Assembly: GCA_964447765.1 (NCBI GenBank)
Contig: CAYUTO010000005.1
Span: 1 to 63,343, forward strand
Reading direction: 5' to 3'
Length of the DNA: 63,343 nucleotides
DNA from: an uncultured Gammaproteobacteria bacterium
GTDB lineage: Bacteria > Patescibacteriota > Patescibacteriia > Magasanikbacterales > UBA922
Every line of letters starts with the position of its first letter. The stretch's first letter is position 1. The notes under the pieces are model-generated. The model ran no database searches, had not been told where the DNA came from, and worked only from the letters and a program-made list of their open reading frames with translations. This document shows, piece by piece, positions 55,755-63,343 of this stretch. A program made the translations under genes and the position numbers.

Positions 55755-57524
55755 TTATTGATTAACTTCTGATTTTCTTAGATCGACGATAGTCAACTGC
55801 AATTCTCTATTTCCATTCCATTCGTTTACGTTAATGTGGAATACCATATCAATTTTATCACCAGGCTTCAGTACTTTGCCCCAATTAGTGTCTCCATCAC
55901 AGAGTCCCCAGCCAATGGTTTTTTTTATTTTATGCGTTTTATGTTTTACCATGATTCGCAAATGTTTTCCTTCTTTTCCTACTGGTTGAATTTGGTGTAC
56001 GGTGACACCTCGAGCGAGGTATTGGGGCTGTTCATTTGCGACACCAAATGGTTTGAATTTATCCAGTATATCAAATAATTCCCAATTCACATCCTCGACA
56101 TCAATTTCTGCATCCACGAGAAGGGTAGGAGTCATGTCTAAACCTTTTGTTTTTTCAATGTACGCTTTATTAATTGCTACTTTAAATTCATTGAACTTTT
56201 CTTTTGAAAGTAAGGTAAACCCGCATGCCATCGGGTGCCCACCAAATTTGAGGAAATATTGTGGCATTTCTTGCAGTGTCGCGATCATATCAAATCCGGG
56301 TACACTTCTGCCTGAGGCAACAATTACACCTTCATTTTCGGCGCACACGATGGTGGGTTTGTGGTATTTTTCTTTGAGTCGTCCCGCAATGAGTCCTACG
56401 AGTCCTGGAGACCAGCCGACTCCATAGATAAGGATGACTGATGCATCTTTGTCTTTTTGCGCTTGTTGAATGGCTTCTTTTGCAAGTTCTTCAGTAAGTT
56501 TTTGACGGTCTTGGTTATTGGTATTCAGTTCAAATGCGAGATCGATTGCATCAGTTCCTTTTTCTGCAATCATGAGATTAAAAGCAGTTTTTGCATGATT
56601 CATTCTTCCTGCAGCATTAATTCGGGGTGCAATTTGAAAGCCGATAGTATCGGTGGTGATTTCTTTTTTCTTTTCATCGCCTTCTTGATGAAATCGTGCT
56701 TCGAGTAATAATTTTTTTAAACCCAAACGACGAGTATGATTGAGTACGATTAATCCATATTTGGTGAGTGTGCGTGATTCTCCAATTAGGGGGATCATGT
56801 CAGCTACGCTTGCGATCGCGACCATATCCAAAAGCCATTTTTCGTGCGACTCGTGGTTTTTTCCGTTAGGCAGTAATTCATTCGATTCTTTGTGTTTTCT
56901 CATGAGTCCTTGTACTAGTTTGAATGCTACTCCTCCACCTGCAAGATTTTTGTCTGGGTATAATTCTCCCGGAACTTTTGGGTGAATTATGGCGAATGCT
57001 GGGGGCGGAATTTCTGGTACTGCATGGTGATCGGTCACGATTACATCAATTCCTGCTTCTTGTAGTTTTATAATTTCGGCTACATTACTTACCCCACAGT
57101 CGCAGGTGACTACTAGATTCACTTTGTCTTTGATAAATGTATTGACGGTATTCATGCTGAGTCCATAGCCATCGCGTTCTCGGTGGGGGATAAAGACATT
57201 GGTATTTTTACTCCCAAGTGCTCGAAATGTGGAAACGAGTATTACTGATGCTGATACACCGTCAGCATCGTAGTCCCCGTGCACGATGATTGATTCTTGA
57301 TTTTCTATAGCTTTAAAAATTCGAGCAATCGCTTTTTCCATATCCTTGAATAGGAATGGATCATAGATATTTCGCTCATAATCAGGATTCAAAAATTCGT
57401 CTATTTCTTTTTGAGTCCGCATATTTCGATGGTACAACAAACGAGCCACAATAGGGAGTAGTTCGGGATGTTCTTCCATGAATTGTTCGGGAGGCGCTGG
57501 TTGGAGCGCCCATTTTTTTTGCAT
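55755..57524 (-). CDS. recJ: ssDNA exonuclease RecJ
   Basis: GDYDADG, TCDCG, TDHH, APRINAAGR, GGHPMACG, C-terminal OB fold. Confidence 0.97.
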   Translation of the reverse strand: MQKKWALQPAPPEQFMEEHPELLPIVARLLYHRNMRTQKEIDEFLNPDYERNIYDPFLFKDMEKAIARIFKAIENQESIIVHGDYDADGVSASVILVSTFRALGSKNTNVFIPHRERDGYGLSMNTVNTFIKDKVNLVVTCDCGVSNVAEIIKLQEAGIDVIVTDHHAVPEIPPPAFAIIHPKVPGELYPDKNLAGGGVAFKLVQGLMRKHKESNELLPNGKNHESHEKWLLDMVAIASVADMIPLIGESRTLTKYGLIVLNHTRRLGLKKLLLEARFHQEGDEKKKEITTDTIGFQIAPRINAAGRMNHAKTAFNLMIAEKGTDAIDLAFELNTNNQDRQKLTEELAKEAIQQAQKDKDASVILIYGVGWSPGLVGLIAGRLKEKYHKPTIVCAENEGVIVASGRSVPGFDMIATLQEMPQYFLKFGGHPMACGFTLLSKEKFNEFKVAINKAYIEKTKGLDMTPTLLVDAEIDVEDVNWELFDILDKFKPFGVANEQPQYLARGVTVHQIQPVGKEGKHLRIMVKHKTHKIKKTIGWGLCDGDTNWGKVLKPGDKIDMVFHINVNEWNGNRELQLTIVDLRKSEVNQ

Positions 57525-57550
57525 ACGATTAATAGAACACGGATGGTGCG

Positions 57551-57570
57551 CCTGCCTGCCGGTAGGCAGG
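57551..57570. repeat. GC-rich 20-bp REP-like palindrome
   Basis: CCTGCCTGCC-GGTAGGCAGG (one G-T wobble), embedded among ACACGGAT/AACGGAT units. Confidence 0.7.
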
Positions 57571-57632
57571 GATTTAACGGATTGAGATGAATTAAAGTTA
57601 CTATTATTGAAAATTTCGTGCCTTGTTTTATC

Positions 57633-57734
57633 TTAGTAATAAAATGCGGGCATGATGGTGAAGAAGATCATTGCAAATACTGCAATGATCGAGATAATGG
57701 TCCATAGAAGTTTCATTTTTTTGTTTCCGTACAT
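57633..57734 (-). CDS. 33-aa single-TM small protein (absent from the ORF track)
   Basis: Manual translation MYGNKKMKLLWTIISIIAVFAMIFFTIMPAFYY; TATG start; co-directional between the 2H gene and recJ. Confidence 0.7.
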   Translation of the reverse strand: MYGNKKMKLLWTIISIIAVFAMIFFTIMPAFYY

Positions 57735-57748
57735 ACGATATTGAATAT

Positions 57749-58333
57749 TTATGTTAATTGCCATGAATGAATGAGTTTGCGGCAGGTATTGTAATTTCCC
57801 AAATGATATAGCGCAAGTTTGGAAGAGGTAAATGTTTTGGGTATTTGATCTCTTTCTTTCTCACTTTTCGTCCATGACGTAATATGTGGGTTGAAATTAT
57901 CGAGACTATACTTTGAATCAAATTCATTAATCCACGTCAGGACTGAAGGATCGATTATTTCACCTGGATCAGTTCGGTGGTACATTTCAGCGGTACCTCC
58001 TCGTTCAAATACGACATATACTTTTTCCATTAGTGTGGCGTGGAGCTCCATCAATTCTTTTGTCCGGCTAATTGTTATCCAGGGATTATTAGTGTGCGCG
58101 ACAGCGAGTTCGATTTTTTCTATGAATGAAACAATATTATTTATTTCATCTATTACTTTTTTTTCGTTTTCAGTATCTAGTACGCCCATGACGAGTGAGA
58201 GATGGGGTACATAATCTTCAAACCCGAGCCTGACCAGTGTCTGTTGTTTTGCAAAATCTTCGTTGTTTGATTGTACGATGCGTTCAATGATTGGTAGTGG
58301 GGGAATGAGTACGATGTCTGCGGTGTATTTCAT
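57749..58333 (-). CDS. 2H phosphoesterase (2'-5' RNA ligase superfamily)
   Basis: Two HxS/T motifs: PHLSL and PHITS. Confidence 0.8.
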   Translation of the reverse strand: MKYTADIVLIPPLPIIERIVQSNNEDFAKQQTLVRLGFEDYVPHLSLVMGVLDTENEKKVIDEINNIVSFIEKIELAVAHTNNPWITISRTKELMELHATLMEKVYVVFERGGTAEMYHRTDPGEIIDPSVLTWINEFDSKYSLDNFNPHITSWTKSEKERDQIPKTFTSSKLALYHLGNYNTCRKLIHSWQLT

Positions 58334-58335
58334 AG

Positions 58336-60123
58336 TTATCGTTTCAATACTGCCAAATATGCTTCGGTTGGAATATTCACTTTTCCTTTGCTCATAGAGA
58401 GCATTTTTTTCTTTCCTTTTTTCTGGCGATCGAGCAATTTATTTTTTCTGGTTACGTCACCGCCATATAGTTTTGCGGTGACGTCTTTTCGGAGTGCGGA
58501 TATTCGTTCACTTGCAACTATTTTTCCACCAATCATTGCCTGGATTTTAATGACAAATTGTTCGCGATCAAGTGTATCTTTCAATACTTCTACAATTTTT
58601 TTGCCTGCTCGGTGCGCGTCATCTTCCCAGACGAGGGTTGCGAGCTCTTCCACTGCTTCGTCAGCAATTGAGATATCGAGTTTCACTACATTTGCTTCGC
58701 GGTATTCTTTGTAATCATAATTAAGTGATGCGTAGCCGCTTGAAACAGATTTCAGTTTATCATAAAAATCAGTGATGAGTGAAGCTAGAGGCATGTCATA
58801 ATGAAGCATGGCACGCTGCCCTGCGCCAGTGCTTAGATATTCGGTATTTTTGTATACTCCTTTTCGTTCAGCAATAAGCCCCATGATGTTTCCAATGTAT
58901 TCTTGGGGGGTGATAATGTCGACAGTCATCCATGGCTCTTCGATATGTTCAATTTTTTGCACTTCAGGAAGATCTTGTGGACTTTTGATAATGAGATCTT
59001 CTCCATTTGTTTTGAATACATGGTAGGCAACACTCGGAATGGTTGCAATAATGGAAAGCCCAAATTCACGACGAAGGCGTTCTTGAAAAATTTCGAGATG
59101 AAGCATTCCTAAGAGTCCACATCGGAATCCAAATCCGAGCGCTTGGGAATGCTCTGGTTCGTAGTAAAGCGCTGAATCACTTAATTTTAGTTTGTCTACT
59201 GCTTCGCGGAGTATTTTGTAATCATCTCCTTCGCGAGGAAAAATACCGGCAAATACCATGGGTTTTACTTCTTTGTATCCGTCCAATTGTTCGGTCGCAC
59301 CATTTTTGGTAAATGTAATCGTATCACCGACACGCACATCACCTAATACTTTCACTCCACTGGTGAGATATCCGATTTGTCCGTTTTCAAGAATGCCGTC
59401 TGAAGACATCTGTGGAGAAAAATGTCCGATATCCAATACTTCTCCCGTAGCACCAGTTCCCATGAATAGTATTGCGTCTCCTTTTTTCATGCTCCCGTCT
59501 TTCATTCTGATCGCAGCGACAATTCCACGGTAGTCATCATACATGGAATCAAAAATTAGGGCACGGGCCGGTAAGTTACTCGTCTCAACTGGTGGAGGAA
59601 CTTTTTTAATCACTTCATCCAATAGTTCGGGAACACCGACGCCTGTTTTTCCAGAGCAGGTAAGAATTTCTTCACGAGTGCATCCGAGCAAATGAATAAT
59701 TTCTGCAGCAACTTTATCTGGGTCAGCATTTGGTAAATCAATTTTATTCATTACTGGAATAATCGTAAGGTTTTGATCGATCGCAAGATATAAATTTGCA
59801 ATAGTCTGTGCTTGTACACCCTGACTTGCGTCGACCAGAAGAATGGCGCCTTCGACTGCAGCAAGCGATCGTGATACTTCGTAGGTAAAATCTACGTGCC
59901 CGGGGGTATCAATGAGGTTGAGTGTGTAGCCTTTGTGCTTCATACGCACTGGCTGGAGCTTGATGGTGATCCCACGTTCTTGTTCGAGCTCCATCTGATC
60001 AAGAATTTGAGCTTTCATGTTTCGTTTGTCTATAGTTCCAGTAACCTCAAGAAATCGATCCGCGAGAGTTGATTTGCCGTGGTCAATGTGAGCTATGATG
60101 CAGAAGTTTCTAGTTTGACTCAT
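58336..60123 (-). CDS. lepA: Elongation factor 4
   Basis: RNFCIIAHIDHGKSTL, ERGITIK, GFRCGLLGMLH, RKDVTAKLYGGD. Confidence 0.98.
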   Translation of the reverse strand: MSQTRNFCIIAHIDHGKSTLADRFLEVTGTIDKRNMKAQILDQMELEQERGITIKLQPVRMKHKGYTLNLIDTPGHVDFTYEVSRSLAAVEGAILLVDASQGVQAQTIANLYLAIDQNLTIIPVMNKIDLPNADPDKVAAEIIHLLGCTREEILTCSGKTGVGVPELLDEVIKKVPPPVETSNLPARALIFDSMYDDYRGIVAAIRMKDGSMKKGDAILFMGTGATGEVLDIGHFSPQMSSDGILENGQIGYLTSGVKVLGDVRVGDTITFTKNGATEQLDGYKEVKPMVFAGIFPREGDDYKILREAVDKLKLSDSALYYEPEHSQALGFGFRCGLLGMLHLEIFQERLRREFGLSIIATIPSVAYHVFKTNGEDLIIKSPQDLPEVQKIEHIEEPWMTVDIITPQEYIGNIMGLIAERKGVYKNTEYLSTGAGQRAMLHYDMPLASLITDFYDKLKSVSSGYASLNYDYKEYREANVVKLDISIADEAVEELATLVWEDDAHRAGKKIVEVLKDTLDREQFVIKIQAMIGGKIVASERISALRKDVTAKLYGGDVTRKNKLLDRQKKGKKKMLSMSKGKVNIPTEAYLAVLKR

Positions 60124-60212
60124 AATTTGAAACAATATTTTGCTAGGTTGAGCTATTTTTTTTGTTATTTATATAGTCTTATTTTAGCTGAACTTAGTAT
60201 AAAAAGCAAGGA

Positions 60213-60241
60213 TTGACAAAATGGCTAAAATAGGGTATTAT
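60213..60241 (+). promoter_or_regulatory. Promoter of the pentapeptide-repeat gene
   Basis: TTGACA-N17-TATTAT. Confidence 0.7.
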
Positions 60242-60299
60242 TTTTTGTTCTGTTACTTTTGGTGGCAGAGTCAAGAAGGTTTAATCTGGGAGGATTTAC

Positions 60300-60908
60300 A
60301 TGTCAGATGCTAAAGAAGAAAAGCAGCTTTTTGAGTTGCTCAAGTCGGGTGATCGCGAGGCTTTCAATGCTCTGCAGGAGGCAAGGATCACACAGGATGG
60401 TTCTGACTCTTCCCTCGAGGACGCACGCCCGATAGGTCTGCACTTCGTGGATAAAGAGCTCACGAATTTCGACTTTCGAGGTTTCGACTTGTCCGATGTC
60501 TCGTTCAAGAGCTGTGATCTCTCAGGTGGAAACTTCGAGGGAATGGATCTGAGATCGACTCATCTGTACCTGTGTCTGTTGGTCGGTGCGAACCTCAACG
60601 ACACTAACCTCTCGTACTACGGGAAGGATGATGATCCTTGGACGAGTCCGTTCAAACTGCTTGGTGCGAACCTTACGGGTGCTTCACTCATCGGCGCGAA
60701 CCTCCATGGACAGGTTCTGATCTCGTACTCGGGAGAGGATGTCAATCTTCGTGGTGCAAACCTGACCAACGCGAAGTTGAGCAAGTGCAAACTCAAGCGG
60801 ATCCCTGTTGAGGTGTGGGCATCGATCATCGGGCTTGAGACGGTCTATGGACTGCCTCATGGCATCTATGCAGATGCCGCAGCATATCGCCGCGAGATGC
60901 GCGAGTGA
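60300..60908 (+). CDS. Pentapeptide-repeat protein, GC-elevated
   Basis: FDFRG FDLSD, ANLND TNLS, ANLTG ASLIG ANLHG, ANLTN AKLSK; GGGAGG SD; 32/60 and 31/60 GC in two spot counts. Confidence 0.88.
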   Translation: MSDAKEEKQLFELLKSGDREAFNALQEARITQDGSDSSLEDARPIGLHFVDKELTNFDFRGFDLSDVSFKSCDLSGGNFEGMDLRSTHLYLCLLVGANLNDTNLSYYGKDDDPWTSPFKLLGANLTGASLIGANLHGQVLISYSGEDVNLRGANLTNAKLSKCKLKRIPVEVWASIIGLETVYGLPHGIYADAAAYRREMRE

Positions 60909-61020
60909 TAGGCTGAGACAAAGAAGTCCTGATAATTCTGCCGACTGATCTTGAGGTAATTCAGCCTCGGTCATGCGCCCAATAAAAGGGCAAAGGCGAC
61001 TGCAACATGCGGTCGCCTCA

Positions 61021-61060
61021 AAACAAAACCCCATGAATTAATCACGGGGTTTTGTTTTTT
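61021..61060. terminator. Bidirectional terminator
   Basis: AAACAAAACCCC-N13-GGGGTTTTGTTT between convergent genes. Confidence 0.8.
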
Positions 61061-62670
61061 TATTTTTCAATCGATCCAATTTCCGGATCAGGAGTTTTGA
61101 CTTTGAACCATTTTTTTCTGAAACTTTCGACGAATACTTGCATTTCTTCTACTCGGACGAGGTAACAGATTAATCCATATACAATCAGCCCTATTATTCC
61201 TGAGATTAGTCCTTGTGCAAATATTCCCCAGAATTTTTGCATGTCGACTATACTCGCTATTACATATTTCAATGCTTGTATCACCATTCCCATACCAGCC
61301 GCAGCAACCGAAATTTTTGCGAGTGTTTGGAGTACTAGACTTTCGTTAAGAGATCCTAATTTTACTCGAAGAAGCATCCAGAGGAGTGCCATCTGTGCGG
61401 TAGCACTTATCGAATATCCGAATGCTAATCCAGGTACTCCCCAGTGTTTGCTCGCGTATAGTCCAACGGTAATATTTATTCCTGCAGATATAAGCGTTGT
61501 CATGAGTGGGATCCAGGTATTTTTGAGTGCAAAAAAAGCTCGGGTAAGGGTGGGAGTAAGTGATTGCGCAAATAATGAAATAGAGAAAAACGCAAGACAA
61601 TGTGCAGTGAGAATAGTGTCTTCCCAGTCGAATGCACCAGTGCCGAGTACGACACGTACAATCTGTGCGCGGAGTAACAATATAATGATGGTGAGCGGAA
61701 TAATGAGCCAGATAATTTGTCGTGCGATTCGGGAAATTCGATCTCTCATTTCTGCTATATTTTTTTCTGCATAGAGTTCTGAGAGGGTAGGGAAGATAGC
61801 GATTGCAAATGAAATACCAATAATTCCTGTGGGCACAGCTTGTAGATTATCTGCAAAAGAAAATATGGAGAGACTTCCGGCACCAATGGTTGATGCAATG
61901 ATGGTGATTGCGATGACATTTACCTGGTTTGCAGCAGCCCCAAGCATGCGAGGAATCATGAGTTTACCAATTGTTCGCACTGCTTGATTGTGCAATTGAA
62001 GAGTGGGGCGATATCGATATCCGTATTGTATGACTGCTGGGAGTTGAATAATGAGGTGTAAGAATGCTCCCAATACGACGCCATACGCAAGTCCAATGGT
62101 ACCAACTATTGGTACCAAGAAAATAGCACCAACAATAATTCCCATGTTGTACATGATTGGTGTGAGGGAATAGATGGCAAATGCTTTGTAGGATTGGAGA
62201 ACACTTCCGAAAATACTGCTGAGTCCAAGAAGTATGGGACTTACAAACATGATACGAGTGAGCGTAATTGTGAGTGCGAGTTTATCTCCTCCGAATCCTG
62301 GGGTGAGCCACTGGATAAGTGCGGGCGTCTGCCACATGGCAATGGCTGATAGCGTGATTAATAAAATTCCCAGAATGTTTACAATACCGTTTACTACTTC
62401 CCACGACTCTTCCTTATTTTTTTTCATTACCTCAATAAACACGGGTATAAATCCTGCAGAAAGTGCGCCGATAATGAGGAGGCTGTACACCAGGTCTGGA
62501 ATTTTGAATGCGGCGTAATATGCATCCATTACATCTCCGGCACCGTAGTAATGTGCAAATACACGATCCCGAAGCATTCCTATGATTCTACTCATAAGCG
62601 AAGCAGCCCCGACCAAAATCGCGGCTCCTGTAATACTATGGATTTTTGAAGAGAGTATGTTTTTTATCAC
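61060..62670 (-). CDS. murJ: Lipid II flippase MurJ (MviN)
   Basis: SRIIGMLRDR, AYYAAFKIPD, GALSAGFIPVF, AFFALKNTWIP; GTG start. Confidence 0.95.
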   Translation of the reverse strand: MIKNILSSKIHSITGAAILVGAASLMSRIIGMLRDRVFAHYYGAGDVMDAYYAAFKIPDLVYSLLIIGALSAGFIPVFIEVMKKNKEESWEVVNGIVNILGILLITLSAIAMWQTPALIQWLTPGFGGDKLALTITLTRIMFVSPILLGLSSIFGSVLQSYKAFAIYSLTPIMYNMGIIVGAIFLVPIVGTIGLAYGVVLGAFLHLIIQLPAVIQYGYRYRPTLQLHNQAVRTIGKLMIPRMLGAAANQVNVIAITIIASTIGAGSLSIFSFADNLQAVPTGIIGISFAIAIFPTLSELYAEKNIAEMRDRISRIARQIIWLIIPLTIIILLLRAQIVRVVLGTGAFDWEDTILTAHCLAFFSISLFAQSLTPTLTRAFFALKNTWIPLMTTLISAGINITVGLYASKHWGVPGLAFGYSISATAQMALLWMLLRVKLGSLNESLVLQTLAKISVAAAGMGMVIQALKYVIASIVDMQKFWGIFAQGLISGIIGLIVYGLICYLVRVEEMQVFVESFRKKWFKVKTPDPEIGSIEK

Positions 62671-62692
62671 ACAACCAATGTAAACCAGCAGT

Positions 62693-63343
62693 CTAGAGCC
62701 AGCGTTTTTTTCGTAGTTGGTATATCAAAAAAGTGATACCAAGCAGGAGTATTCCAAATATACCAAACACCACGGTTGAATTATGCGCGAGTGGTAGATC
62801 GATATTCATTCCGTAAATACCTGAGAGTAGGGTGAGGGGCATGAATGCAACCGAAATTACGGTCAAGGCACTAATGACTTTGGTGGTTCTCTGATTGATA
62901 ATTGATTCAATCGTCCAGTGCAGACCATCGCTGGTTTGGCTGTATGATTCGGTGACTACCCATAGACGATCGAGTAAATCTCGCACATCGTCAAAATAAA
63001 TTGAGAGTGATTCATCGAGGAATGTTCGTCGTGTGTGGGACAAAGTGGAGATGATAAATCGTTGTGGGTCGATAATACGTCTTACGGTATGTATATTTCT
63101 TCGGTGTTGACCCAATTGTTTGATCTCGCTTACTGTTTGTCCTTCTTCGCGGTACACTTCGTCTTCGATTACGGCGAGTTGTTTGCCTATTTCTCGGAGA
63201 CTGGATCCAACTTCAGAGAAAAGTTCGTTTAAAATATTGTATAACAAAAATCCCGATCCTTTTTCCATCCATTCATTTCGTATTTTTCGATTATTTGCAC
63301 ATCGGTAAAATAAATTTTTTATTTCACGATTTTTTGATTCCTG
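62693..63343 (-). CDS. corA: CorA-family Mg2+ transporter, N-terminus outside the window
   Basis: YFDDVRD, LTVISVAFMPLTLLSGIYGMN; the frame stays open from 63268 to the window edge. Confidence 0.92.
   Translation of the reverse strand, partial: QESKNREIKNLFYRCANNRKIRNEWMEKGSGFLLYNILNELFSEVGSSLREIGKQLAVIEDEVYREEGQTVSEIKQLGQHRRNIHTVRRIIDPQRFIISTLSHTRRTFLDESLSIYFDDVRDLLDRLWVVTESYSQTSDGLHWTIESIINQRTTKVISALTVISVAFMPLTLLSGIYGMNIDLPLAHNSTVVFGIFGILLLGITFLIYQLRKKRWL

Noticed and set aside
60300-61060. Integron cassette (attC) carrying a qnr-like gene
   Set aside because: I found no RYYYAAC...GTTRRRY core sites, no integrase is present, and the gene has its own promoter.

Overview
A 63-kb, roughly 38-40% GC (spot counts only) chromosomal segment of a reduced-genome bacterium, most likely Patescibacteria/CPR (inference from gene families, minimal protein variants and near-absence of Shine-Dalgarno motifs). 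It holds about 60 CDS: housekeeping genes (mreB, holB, frr, alpha2-type glyS, tpiA, rpmG, typA, cca, yidC, hrcA-grpE-dnaK-dnaJ, rnhA, recJ, lepA, murJ, corA), two MacB-type ABC systems, glycosyltransferases, a 2167-aa surface protein and several orphans, plus five tRNAs. I saw no CRISPR array, transposase, integrase or rRNA. Three signals stand out. (1) A complete but very small glycyl T-box riboswitch upstream of glyS: 50-nt Stem I with a K-turn and a Gly codon in the apical loop, no Stem II, and a canonical antiterminator/terminator. (2) Almost every start codon is preceded by T (TATG), apparently replacing SD-led initiation. (3) Several families of intergenic hairpins built from 7-9-bp periodic repeat arrays sit between co-directional genes. 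All calls were made by eye; novelty needs the listed searches.
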